A stretch of DNA of 64,000 nt from an uncultured Smithella sp. (GTDB lineage: Bacteria > Desulfobacterota > Syntrophia > Syntrophales > Smithellaceae). The notes below the pieces were generated by a model. That model was not told the DNA's origin. It worked only from the letters and a program-made list of their open reading frames with translations, and made no database searches. How positions within the stretch are numbered: position 1 is the first letter of the stretch; each line of letters begins with the position of its first letter. The DNA is taken from positions 5,256 through 69,255 of the forward strand of contig CAZBGE010000002.1 in assembly GCA_964491435.1 (NCBI GenBank), in the 5' to 3' direction. This document shows, piece by piece, positions 31,228 through 40,349 of the stretch. A program made the position numbers and the translations under genes.

Positions 31228-31809
31228 TTAAGCAGCAATTCCCATTTGGAAAGCATCTAAATTCAATTTAACTAATTTTTGTGGGAAAGATTTTTTTATA
31301 ACACCCTCCCAAATAGATTGCTCTACGTTTATCAGATTTGATAAAGCGCCCAGCAACACAACATTGGCCGCTTTAATGTTGCCGGCTTTTTGCGCAAGTT
31401 CGGCTGCATTAAATGCGATCACTTTAGGGTAATGAGTTTTTAAAAACCCAACAATATCAGATGGATATGCGGTGATGCCCAAATTAACCGCCGGCGGATA
31501 AATTTCTTCTGTATTTACGATAAGAGATGCATCTTTGCTTAAGAATTTCAGGTAGCGAAGAGCTTCCATTTTCTCAAAAGAAATTAGTATTTCACCACTT
31601 CCGGCTTCAGCTAATGGCGAATATACTTTCTTGCCGTAACGAACATCACTGTTCACGCAACCGCCTCGTTGCGCCATACCGTGGACTTCGCTCTTTTTTA
31701 CATCGAAACCGGCTTCCATCATAACCACACACATGATATCGCTGGCTCTTATAATGCCCTGACCGCCGACTCCGGCGAATAATATGCTATGTACGTCTAA
31801 ATCGTTCAT
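31228..31809 (-). CDS. iorB: Indolepyruvate:ferredoxin oxidoreductase beta subunit
   Basis: 'ILFAGVGGQGI' near the N-terminus. ATG 31809 overlaps the iorA stop by 4 nt (ATGA). The ORF-track 5' extension was rejected. Confidence 0.8.
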   Translation of the reverse strand: MNDLDVHSILFAGVGGQGIIRASDIMCVVMMEAGFDVKKSEVHGMAQRGGCVNSDVRYGKKVYSPLAEAGSGEILISFEKMEALRYLKFLSKDASLIVNTEEIYPPAVNLGITAYPSDIVGFLKTHYPKVIAFNAAELAQKAGNIKAANVVLLGALSNLINVEQSIWEGVIKKSFPQKLVKLNLDAFQMGIAA

Positions 31810-33593
31810 TGATGTTTTCCTTTTCCATAACTGATTGCCCCGAACTTGCAGACTTGAGTGCATAAACCACAACCAATACAAAACGTTTCATCAATAAAGG
31901 TAACGCCTTTACGCTTGGATCCTTCTTTCGTGACCCCTTCTTTCCATGAAATCGATGGGCAATTTAGATTCAGGCATACTTTACATCCTTCGCATTGATC
32001 TTCGTCAATTTTCGCCGGTGGCACGGTTTTTCGATTTGCCCGTTTAAACAGGACACAGGGACTTTGTGAAATAATGACGGATGGACCGCTTCTGCTCAGT
32101 TCTTCCTTGATTACGATTTGAGTTTCTTCTATATTATAGGGATTGATAATCCTTATATTATCAATCCCTAGCGCAGAAACTAAAACAGTTAGATTAACTT
32201 TTTTTGTTTCTTTTCCCATTAAATTGTAGCCTGTGCCAGGATGTTCCTGCATGCCGGTCATGGCTGTTGTACTATTATCTAAAATAATAATAAGAGCATC
32301 ACTGTTATTATAGGCCATATTCAATAGAGGAGTAATGCCTGAATGCAAAAATGTAGAGTCGCCAATGACGCCGACCACCTTCCCCCGTCCTCTCTCTTTG
32401 AGCGCCTTGCTCATGCCATGAGCCATGCCGATGCTTGCACCCATGCAAATGCAGGAATGCAATCCTTCCAGGGGTTTTAAATAAGATAGAGTATAACAGC
32501 CGATATCACCATGAACATAAGCCTTTGATTTTTTAAGCGCGTAAAACAGAGCGCGATGCGGACAACCGGGGCAAAGATTTGGCGGACGATGGGCCAGACT
32601 TTCTTTATAAGGAGAAACAGCGCCTTGTAAATTCGTATTAATTGCGTTCTTAATAATGCCCGGATCAAATTCATTGGTATAAGGGAAAATGTCCTTGCCA
32701 ATCACCTGTATTCCCATAGCCTTGATCTGTTCTTCAAGATAAGGATCGAGTTCTTCGATGACATATATTTTTTTAACTCTCGAAGCGAAATTACGAATCA
32801 ATTTTTCAGGCAAAGGATAGACCATGCCCAGTTTCAGGTAGGAAAAATCCGGAAAAACATCTTTAGCATAGTTGTAAGGCATGCCAGCGGTGATGATGCC
32901 GACTTCCGGATCGTTAATTTCCATTTTATTTTCAGAGAAATTCTCCACGAATTTTCTGAGTGCCATCTGACGCTTTTCCACTTCCACTCTTCTTGTGCGG
33001 GCATTAATGGGAACCATGACATATTTTTCCGTATTATGAACGAGTCTGGTTCTATCTTCGGCTATCTGCGGTTCTTCGAGAGTGACCACGGATTTGGAAT
33101 GAGAAACTCTGGTGGTTGTTCGAAAAAAGACAGGTGTATCGAATTGTTCGCTAATTTGAAACGCGAGCTTTATATAGTCTTTAGCTTCTTGAGGATCTGC
33201 CGGTTCGAGCATGGGAATTTTAGCAAACTTGGCGTAATTGCGATTGTCCTGCTCGTTTTGTGAACTGTGCATGGAAGGATCATCAGCGCTGATGATGACC
33301 AGCGCTCCTTCGATGCCGGTGTAACTCACGGTAAAAATCGGATCGGCGGCAACATTCACACCGACATGCTTCATTACCGCCAGCGCTTTAGCTCCGCCCA
33401 AAGCAGCGCCAATGGCTACTTCCACCGCGACCTTTTCATTAGGCGCCCATTCGGCGTAAACACCATCATATTTTGCAAATTCCTCCATAATTTCGGTGCT
33501 GGGCGTACCGGGATAGGCGGCGGCAAAACGAACTCCCGCCTCATACACACCGCGGGCGATGGCTTCATTTCCTGACATTAATTGTTTTTTCAA
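31806..33593 (-). CDS. iorA: Indolepyruvate:ferredoxin oxidoreductase alpha subunit
   Basis: 595 aa with TPP motif 'GDSTFLHSG' and two C-terminal 4Fe-4S motifs, 'CEGCKVCLNLNCP' and 'CIGCGLCTQVCKFGA'. Confidence 0.85.
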   Translation of the reverse strand: MKKQLMSGNEAIARGVYEAGVRFAAAYPGTPSTEIMEEFAKYDGVYAEWAPNEKVAVEVAIGAALGGAKALAVMKHVGVNVAADPIFTVSYTGIEGALVIISADDPSMHSSQNEQDNRNYAKFAKIPMLEPADPQEAKDYIKLAFQISEQFDTPVFFRTTTRVSHSKSVVTLEEPQIAEDRTRLVHNTEKYVMVPINARTRRVEVEKRQMALRKFVENFSENKMEINDPEVGIITAGMPYNYAKDVFPDFSYLKLGMVYPLPEKLIRNFASRVKKIYVIEELDPYLEEQIKAMGIQVIGKDIFPYTNEFDPGIIKNAINTNLQGAVSPYKESLAHRPPNLCPGCPHRALFYALKKSKAYVHGDIGCYTLSYLKPLEGLHSCICMGASIGMAHGMSKALKERGRGKVVGVIGDSTFLHSGITPLLNMAYNNSDALIIILDNSTTAMTGMQEHPGTGYNLMGKETKKVNLTVLVSALGIDNIRIINPYNIEETQIVIKEELSRSGPSVIISQSPCVLFKRANRKTVPPAKIDEDQCEGCKVCLNLNCPSISWKEGVTKEGSKRKGVTFIDETFCIGCGLCTQVCKFGAISYGKGKHQ

Positions 33594-33614
33594 ATGCTTA
33601 TGCCTCCGAATTCA

Positions 33615-34295
33615 TCAACTCAGCAAAGATATTTTTCTTTTGATAAAAATGGTTGCTGAAGGTTCCTTAGTATTCTCCAAAGCCTTTTTATAATACTCCA
33701 ATGCTTTACCCTTATTATTCAATTCCTCATGGGCGCGAGCGATATTGCGTAATCCAATCATTTCGAAACCGACGTGATAAACGTTTTGCGCTTTTTCAAA
33801 ATATTTCAGAGCGACTTTAAAATCTTTTTTGACTTCATAGGCATAGCCAACAGAGGTCAAAGCCATGAATTTAACACCTGTTTTATCAGAACCGGTCTTG
33901 CTGGCAAATTTTTCATAAGCGTTGATCGCCTTGTCCATTTCGCCTTGCTGGTAATAAATATTGCCTAAATGATAATAAGCCATCCGGCCGCTCCAACTGT
34001 GCGAATATTTATCAATCAGTTCTTGAAATATTTTAATGTTTTCAGCAGAGTTTTCTTTGTTGTCGCCGCTCTTGAGTATATTCCCCTGAGCTCTAGCGTA
34101 TAATTTTAAGGCGGAACTTGTGTATTGATTCCAGTATAAGTAAATCCCCATGGCGATAAGGAAAGCGCAGACTAAAGCCGCTCCAATCACAGTAACGCGA
34201 GTTTTATTTTCAGCAACATAATCACCTAATTTTTCGAATGTCGTTTGAAACGCATCTGGACTTTTGAGTTCTTTTTTAGATAACTTTGCGGCCAT
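33615..34295 (-). CDS. Membrane-anchored TPR-repeat protein
   Basis: 226 aa with one N-terminal TM helix ('VTVIGAALVCAFLIAMGIYLYW'), followed by TPR-like repeats ('AYYHLGNIYYQQGEMDKAINAYEKF'). Confidence 0.65.
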   Translation of the reverse strand: MAAKLSKKELKSPDAFQTTFEKLGDYVAENKTRVTVIGAALVCAFLIAMGIYLYWNQYTSSALKLYARAQGNILKSGDNKENSAENIKIFQELIDKYSHSWSGRMAYYHLGNIYYQQGEMDKAINAYEKFASKTGSDKTGVKFMALTSVGYAYEVKKDFKVALKYFEKAQNVYHVGFEMIGLRNIARAHEELNNKGKALEYYKKALENTKEPSATIFIKRKISLLS

Positions 34296-34296
34296 G

Positions 34297-34725
34297 TTAT
34301 TCCCCTTTATTGATATGATATTTTTCGGTCAATGCCAGAATCAACTTAGGTATCCGGCGGATTTTGCCTTCATGGTTAGTGCAGGCATGTATGGTATAAC
34401 CTTCCACAAGAAGCTTTTGTTGATTTTCATCCCATATTTTTGAATTAAATTTAATACTTGCCCTTTTTATATAATCGAATTTTGTTTCAACGATCACCAA
34501 ATGGTCATATTTAGCCGGCGCCAGATAATGACAGTACACTTTCGTCAGCGGAAGATTGAAGCCCAGTTTTTCTATTTCCGTATAGGCCACACCCAATTGC
34601 CGCATCAACTCATTGCGGCCAAGCTCAAACCAGCGAATGTAATTCGTATGATAAACAATTCCCATCGCATCCGTGTCGGCAAAGATCACGCGGACTTTTG
34701 TAAAGTTACTTTCCAAGGAACGCAC
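34297..34725 (-). CDS. Acyl-CoA thioesterase, 4HBT/YbgC family
   Basis: 142 aa with hotdog-fold signature 'VIFADTDAMGIVYHTNYIRWFELGR'. Confidence 0.75.
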   Translation of the reverse strand: MRSLESNFTKVRVIFADTDAMGIVYHTNYIRWFELGRNELMRQLGVAYTEIEKLGFNLPLTKVYCHYLAPAKYDHLVIVETKFDYIKRASIKFNSKIWDENQQKLLVEGYTIHACTNHEGKIRRIPKLILALTEKYHINKGE

Positions 34726-35932
34726 TCCAGTCGCGGATGAATTTATCCATTAGCAAATGGCCGGGGGATATCAAAATGCCGCTTTCCCTGGCGTTCACTT
34801 CAGTAAAGGCGCGTCCCAAGGACTGGTTTTCTTCAGGGATCGACGATATGACAGCAAAAGGACTTGGATCGCCGACGTGCGTTTTTAAATCAATCGGAGT
34901 CGGGTGATCGCTTAAAACAAGAATGCGGTAATCACCCAGTTTGCCAATATTCGTTAATATCGGGCCTACTATTTTTTCATCAAAAAATTCAATAGCCTGA
35001 ATTTTACCTTGAGCATTGCCTTCATGCCCCATTTCATCCGGAGCCTCTAAATGGAGAAATATGAAATCCATGAATTTGAGCGCATCCAGCGCCATTTTTG
35101 CTTTTCCTTCATAATTGGTGTCGATGTAGCCGGTAACCCCTTCTACGCGCAATGGTTTTAATCCAGCGTTGACACCCAAGCCATTGAGAAGATCAACAGC
35201 GGAAATCATGCCGCCATTGAAATTATACTTTTTGGTTAAAGGAACGATTTGAGGTTTTTTCCCCTGTCCCCAAAGCCAGATGGAATTGGCAGGTTTTTTC
35301 CCATCGGACAGACGCCTGGCGTTTACCGGATGATCCTTTAAAATTTCCGCCGCTTTTTGCATCAGATCCTTCACTTCTACAGAAAAGTCTCCTGAAGGAA
35401 GATAGGGAGCAATCACCTTGCCCGGAATATCGTGAGGTGGAACGGCTTGCGGAGCCCCTGCGGCGTTGCGCCATACCAGTAAATGGCGGTAGCCCACCCC
35501 GGGAAAAAACTGCAAAAGAGGTGACCCCAGGATTTTATTGAGATCCTGGATGATCTCGCCGGCTTCCGCTGAAGAAATATGTCCGGCGGTAAAATCATCC
35601 ATGAATGCCTGAACCGAGCCTTGCTCGCCAATGGTTACCAGATTGCAGCGATAGGCGATATCATTGGGACCCAGTCCGACGCCCATGCTGGCTGCTTCCA
35701 ACGGTCCGCGGCCCGTGTAAGTTTCTTCAGGATTGTAGCCCAGCACGCTGAGATTGGCCACATCAGAACCAGGCGTAAACCCTTTGGGAATTGTATCAAC
35801 CAGTCCCATTGTACCATGTGCGGCGATTTGATCCAAAAAAGGCGTCAAAGCGCACTGAAGCGGCGTTTTACCTCCGAGTTTTTCACTGGGATAATCCGCC
35901 ATACCGTCGCCCAATAATACTACGTACTTCAT
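34706..35932 (-). CDS. apgM: Cofactor-independent phosphoglycerate mutase-like metalloenzyme (ApgM family; possible alternative homoserine kinase)
   Basis: 408 aa with motifs 'VVLLGDGMAD', 'PGSDVANLSVLGY', 'HLEAPDEMGHEG', 'LVLSDHPTP'. It lies immediately downstream of hom. Confidence 0.75.
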   Translation of the reverse strand: MKYVVLLGDGMADYPSEKLGGKTPLQCALTPFLDQIAAHGTMGLVDTIPKGFTPGSDVANLSVLGYNPEETYTGRGPLEAASMGVGLGPNDIAYRCNLVTIGEQGSVQAFMDDFTAGHISSAEAGEIIQDLNKILGSPLLQFFPGVGYRHLLVWRNAAGAPQAVPPHDIPGKVIAPYLPSGDFSVEVKDLMQKAAEILKDHPVNARRLSDGKKPANSIWLWGQGKKPQIVPLTKKYNFNGGMISAVDLLNGLGVNAGLKPLRVEGVTGYIDTNYEGKAKMALDALKFMDFIFLHLEAPDEMGHEGNAQGKIQAIEFFDEKIVGPILTNIGKLGDYRILVLSDHPTPIDLKTHVGDPSPFAVISSIPEENQSLGRAFTEVNARESGILISPGHLLMDKFIRDWSAFLGK

Positions 35933-35954
35933 AAGCTACTTCCTGAATGAAAGT

Positions 35955-37265
35955 CTAATTTAACTCATCTTCTATGCGAATCAAAATTGTCTTGGCCTTG
36001 ACAATTTTCAGTTTGTCTATTTTCTTCAACGCCTGGCGCACATTCTTTTCTTTCGCCTTATAAGTTGTCATGACAACCGGCACGGCGCCCTTCTCTTCCC
36101 TGGATTTTTGTATAACAGTGGCGATGCTGATCTGATGCTCTCCTAAAATACCGGATATTTTTGACAACACACCAGGCTGATCCAATGCCGAAAAACGGAA
36201 ATAATATTTAGTTTCAACATCATCCATTGGAAGAAGGCTGATTTCCTTCATGCCAGTTTCATGAATGGATCTCAGCGGCACACGGCCGGAAATCCCTTTT
36301 AAAACATTGCGCGCACTGTCTAAAATATCACTGAAGACGGCGCTCGCCGTGGGCATCATTCCCGCTCCTTGACCGAATAGGAACACAGGGCCGGAAGCAT
36401 CGCCCACCAGATGAAACGCATTATAGTTCCGATTTACGTTGGCCAGCAAATGCCCCGAAGCAATCATCGTCGGGTGAATTCTGGCTTCCACCCTGCCCTC
36501 TTTTAACATACCGATTGCCAGCAGCTTGATCCGGTATCCAAGTTCTTTGGCGAAAGCGATATCCTCGTCGCTGATTTTCGTAATACCCTCCAGGTAAATA
36601 TCCTTGAGGTTGACTTTTTTCCCATATGCCAGCGAAAGGACAATCGCCATCTTGTGAGAAGTATCAATGCCTTCAATATCAAAAGTCGGGTCCGCCTCGG
36701 CAAACCCCAGTTGTTGCGCTTCCTTCAACACGAGATCGAAGGGCTTTCCTTCGTCTGTCATTTTGGTCAAGATGAAATTGCAGGTTCCATTCATGATGCC
36801 GACAATGGAATTGATATGGTTGGCGACAAGCGATTCCTTAAGTGTTTTGATAATTGGAATCGTTCCGCCAACACTGGCTTCAAAACCAATATCGACACCC
36901 TTGTTTTGAGCTGCCGGAAATATTTCGTTGCCGTAAGTAGCCAGCATGGCCTTGTTAGCAGTCACCACATGCTTGCCTTTCGAAATGGCTTCCAGAACAA
37001 ATGTCCTCGCCGGTTCGTAACCGCCCATCAGTTCAATGATAATGGATATTTCCGGATCATTGATAATTTCCCGGGCATCGGTTGTAAGCAGATTTCCGGA
37101 AATTTTAATCCCGCGCGGCGATGTAATATTAATGTCCGCGATCTTTTTCAAATCCAGTTTCGCGCCAAGCTTTTGTGTAATAATATCATTATTTTGCCGG
37201 AGCAATTTTACAACGCCGGTTCCGATATTGCCCAACCCGATTAAACCGATTGAAATTTTCTTCAT
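35955..37265 (-). CDS. hom: Homoserine dehydrogenase with C-terminal ACT domain
   Basis: 436 aa with motifs 'IGLIGLGNIGTGV', 'VVTANKA', 'FEASVGGTIPII', 'GIMNGTCNFIL', and an ACT-like tail. Confidence 0.9.
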   Translation of the reverse strand: MKKISIGLIGLGNIGTGVVKLLRQNNDIITQKLGAKLDLKKIADINITSPRGIKISGNLLTTDAREIINDPEISIIIELMGGYEPARTFVLEAISKGKHVVTANKAMLATYGNEIFPAAQNKGVDIGFEASVGGTIPIIKTLKESLVANHINSIVGIMNGTCNFILTKMTDEGKPFDLVLKEAQQLGFAEADPTFDIEGIDTSHKMAIVLSLAYGKKVNLKDIYLEGITKISDEDIAFAKELGYRIKLLAIGMLKEGRVEARIHPTMIASGHLLANVNRNYNAFHLVGDASGPVFLFGQGAGMMPTASAVFSDILDSARNVLKGISGRVPLRSIHETGMKEISLLPMDDVETKYYFRFSALDQPGVLSKISGILGEHQISIATVIQKSREEKGAVPVVMTTYKAKEKNVRQALKKIDKLKIVKAKTILIRIEDELN

Positions 37266-37334
37266 TTATTCACCCCTGTAGATTACGGAAAATGGTGAAA
37301 GCCATCCGTCCCTTGCCCTTTCACAAGCCTTGTT

Positions 37335-37363
37335 ACCTATAACAAAACCATTTACTTTGTCAA
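37335..37363 (-). promoter_or_regulatory. Possible sigma70-like promoter for hom
   Basis: On the minus strand: TTGACA (37363..37358), 17-nt spacer, ATAGGT (37340..37335). About 70 nt of leader precedes ATG 37265. Confidence 0.35.
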
Positions 37364-37434
37364 ACGGATATGAGAATGTAAAGAATATTTTCAGATAAAT
37401 AATAAACCTTTAAAATCGCTCGACAAACACGATC

Positions 37435-38517
37435 TTATCTGGGCGCCTTATGATAACCAGCCTTGATTGCATCCGCCTCCGACTCAAACTCCACACGGTG
37501 ATACGCCTTGACTGCCTTGTAGTATTTCATGCCGGGGAGATGATAACGTTTGCTGTCTCTATTACCGATAACTTTTATTTTTAGTAATGCCGAGGGCGGC
37601 GTTTCTTTTGCAGCGCTTGGCATCTTCTCTGCGAGGTCCTTTGTTTGTAACGCTGCCGTAGTTGCGGACATGGTTGTCGCCGTCTTTTGAATTTCTTCAC
37701 CAGGCATTTCTTGCATGGGCGCGGCCTGCACCGGCTTATCTAATACGAAGGATGATGTTTTCGTTTCAGTTGAATTTAGCGCCGTTTCCTGTTTTACATC
37801 CGTGCTATTCCCCCCCGGTTTCATTGTCGGCACGGTTGGCACTTTTGATAATTCCTTTGTTTTTGAAGTCACCTCTGGCGCTTCCGCGCTTGCCACGGGA
37901 GCTTCTGAATTTGGTTCCGTCGTTTGTTTTTCCGTAGTTTGCCGCGTCACCAACGGCGTTTTGGGCGCTTCCGCAACTGAAACAGGAACTTCCGCCGGGG
38001 CATTTTGGGGCATTCTATTTATTTTATTACCCGCCGGCATATTTTCTTTTTCGGCTGATGCAGTGTTAAATAAAGTAAATACTCCATCCGTTGAAACATC
38101 TCCGCTGTTTATGACATTCCTGTCTGTTTCAGACAATGTAAAATTGAATAAAGTAAATAATCCTTCTTCAGAAACATTGACGTCGTTAATAACAACTCGC
38201 TGAAACATCACTGTGTCCTTACGGAGAGGATGTTTAATAAATAATACATAGATGTTAAATTTATTATTCTTCATGTTATACAGCCATTGAGCATCACTTA
38301 CTTTCATCCATTTTCCCGGCTCCATGCCCTTGATGAATTCATTGAGAGAGCATTGTGTATATTTCTGATAAACAGGATAGTCTATGGCCACTTTTCTATT
38401 GAAAAAATCATCGTCCGGCACGGCTCTTCCGGAGAAATCGCTGGAGCGTGTCGCGGCGCACCCCATTAAAATTAAATGTAGCACAGCTAAGATCAGCACA
38501 AAGTAACATTTTTTCAT
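37435..38517 (-). CDS. Lipoprotein with a low-complexity T/P/A/E-rich linker and a C-terminal Cys-less 'sunset/Ada-like' motif
   Basis: Lipobox 'LILMGCAA'. Internal repeat 'GLFTLFN' / 'GVFTLFN'. C-terminus 'SKRYHLPGMKYYKAVKAYHRVEFESEADAIKAGYHKAPR'. ATG 38517 preferred over 38547. Confidence 0.6.
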   Translation of the reverse strand: MKKCYFVLILAVLHLILMGCAATRSSDFSGRAVPDDDFFNRKVAIDYPVYQKYTQCSLNEFIKGMEPGKWMKVSDAQWLYNMKNNKFNIYVLFIKHPLRKDTVMFQRVVINDVNVSEEGLFTLFNFTLSETDRNVINSGDVSTDGVFTLFNTASAEKENMPAGNKINRMPQNAPAEVPVSVAEAPKTPLVTRQTTEKQTTEPNSEAPVASAEAPEVTSKTKELSKVPTVPTMKPGGNSTDVKQETALNSTETKTSSFVLDKPVQAAPMQEMPGEEIQKTATTMSATTAALQTKDLAEKMPSAAKETPPSALLKIKVIGNRDSKRYHLPGMKYYKAVKAYHRVEFESEADAIKAGYHKAPR

Positions 38518-38874
38518 GTTGCATTCCCCAGCCAATTCATATGGCAAAAGATTATTTTTTGTGCGTCAAGCATATGGAAGAATTTCTTCCATGTCAATTT
38601 TTTTTGAAATCCACGGTTTTTCTGTATTGGCGACGCAGGTTTACCCTCCATGTCAAAGTAACGAGGGATTCTTTTCCCCTGGTTGAAGCAAGCCAAGTGA
38701 TCATTTTTGCCTTGTAAATCATAATTTATATAAATTTCAAGCTGTCCTTAATCACGAACTTTTATATTTTTTTACATCATTTTAGTTGATATATCCTTAT
38801 TTTATTGATAGTTAATCACAATTATAGGTGAGTGGATATACATCAAACATAAACTAAAAAAACAGGAGCACGGT

Positions 38875-40257
38875 ATGAGCAATGGAAATGCATGGTCGCG
38901 ATTGCGGGAATCCATTATCGATCGTTATGAGGGATTCGATCATCTCACGCAGCAATTGGCTTGGTTTTTTTACATTTTTTGCTTTTCCGCCATTGGTTTA
39001 TTTATCATCCTGGCGGGAATGCTGATTGTGATAGCTCCCGACAAAGCAATGAAAGCCGGCCCGCTGATTCTGGTCATCATCGTTTCCGCCGCCGCCGGCA
39101 TTATCCTGACCCGGAAGAAAAAATTCACCATGGCCGCCTATATCCTGCTGGTGATCATCTGCATCACCAACACACTGGGGTTCGTCAGCAAGTACATGAG
39201 CCCCGTCATTTACGAAGGCTTTGTGAGCTATAACAATTTCCTTTTCATGATCATCTTCATCGCCACGCTCTTTACCAGCAGGAAAGCCGTGATCGGCGTG
39301 ATGGTCTGGTTTATGACCGTTTATATCGTTTATTATATCGCAGTCATCGGCGAACTGACATCAAGTGAAGCGCGTAGCGTGACAACCAGTTCATTTGTTG
39401 ACGGCCTCATCGCCATCGGCCTGTGTTCTGTTGTATCCATCCTGATTACAACCGCCATGCGGCGGGCCAATTCCAAACTGGTGGATTCCGTAGCCGATAT
39501 CCGCGAAAGTTCTATTAAACTTACCGAGATCGCCGGAGTGATTGACGCATCCAGCCAGAATATGGCCGAAGGCGCCACGACTCAGGCGTCGGCGATGGAG
39601 GAAACTTCCGCCATGCTGAAGGAAATTTCCGAGAAAACAAAAAAGAATACGGAAGTGGTCACTGATGCACAGAAACTCATGGCTGATACTTCTCATATTG
39701 TCATCAAGACCAACGAGTCACTGAAGGATCTGCGCAACTCCATGGATAATGTTAACGAAGCCAGTGTCAAAACAGGACGTATTGTCCAGACCATCGATGA
39801 CATTGCCTTTCAAACCAATCTGCTGGCTCTCAACGCCGCCGTTGAAGCGGCCCGCGCCGGTGAATACGGAGCGGGGTTTGCTGTTGTCGCCGATGAGGTG
39901 AGAAATCTGGCTCGTAAATCCGCCGAGGCTTCGAAGAACACACAGGATATTATTACCCATAGTATTCAAAATATAAAAAGAAGCAGGGAATTGGCGATCA
40001 GTTCTGATGAAGCCTTTTCTACTTTTGTGAAAGTTACGGAAAAGCTTCTTGAACACCTTAAGATAATAACCGAATCTTCCCAGGATCAAACCCAGGGAAT
40101 CGTAGAAATAGAAAGAGCCATTAATGATATCAACATGGTCATCCAGAGTAATGCGGCAGGTTCTGAGGAGCATGCCGCCGTGTCCGCTGAACTCTCTCAA
40201 ATGTCTGTAAACATAGAGGAATTTGTTAAAAAGCTCGACCGGATGGTCAAAACATGA
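38875..40257 (+). CDS. Methyl-accepting chemotaxis protein with a membrane-embedded N-terminal module
   Basis: The N-terminal ~190 aa is polytopic with no obvious periplasmic domain. Signalling domain '[36 protein letters not shown]'. Confidence 0.9.
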   Translation: MSNGNAWSRLRESIIDRYEGFDHLTQQLAWFFYIFCFSAIGLFIILAGMLIVIAPDKAMKAGPLILVIIVSAAAGIILTRKKKFTMAAYILLVIICITNTLGFVSKYMSPVIYEGFVSYNNFLFMIIFIATLFTSRKAVIGVMVWFMTVYIVYYIAVIGELTSSEARSVTTSSFVDGLIAIGLCSVVSILITTAMRRANSKLVDSVADIRESSIKLTEIAGVIDASSQNMAEGATTQASAMEETSAMLKEISEKTKKNTEVVTDAQKLMADTSHIVIKTNESLKDLRNSMDNVNEASVKTGRIVQTIDDIAFQTNLLALNAAVEAARAGEYGAGFAVVADEVRNLARKSAEASKNTQDIITHSIQNIKRSRELAISSDEAFSTFVKVTEKLLEHLKIITESSQDQTQGIVEIERAINDINMVIQSNAAGSEEHAAVSAELSQMSVNIEEFVKKLDRMVKT

Positions 40258-40284
40258 GAATTGTGAAAACTGCCAAAGAAAATA

Positions 40285-40319
40285 CCTTCAGGAAACGGAT
40301 TTAAACTGTTTCCTGAAGG
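40285..40319 (-). terminator. Intrinsic terminator between the convergent MCP and phaC-like genes
   Basis: CCTTCAGGAAAC (40285..40296) pairs with GTTTCCTGAAGG (40308..40319) and is extendable to 14 bp. On the minus-strand RNA the hairpin is followed by UAUUUUCUUU. Confidence 0.6.
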
Positions 40320-40349
40320 CGCTTGGATGTAATTCAGATAAGCTTACCC

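Noticed and set aside
36654-37244. 196-aa plus-strand ORF antisense to hom. Similar cases are 43899..44495 in recG, 7470..8024 in the M16 gene, 13942..14448 in purO and 17804..18322 in the response regulator gene.
   Set aside because: All are shadow ORFs opposite well-supported genes. None has a recognisable motif or RBS.
38448-38717. 89-aa plus-strand and 60-aa minus-strand ORFs in the lipoprotein-MCP spacer
   Set aside because: They have no RBS and odd composition. They also overlap the 5' end of the lipoprotein gene or the AT-rich promoter DNA.
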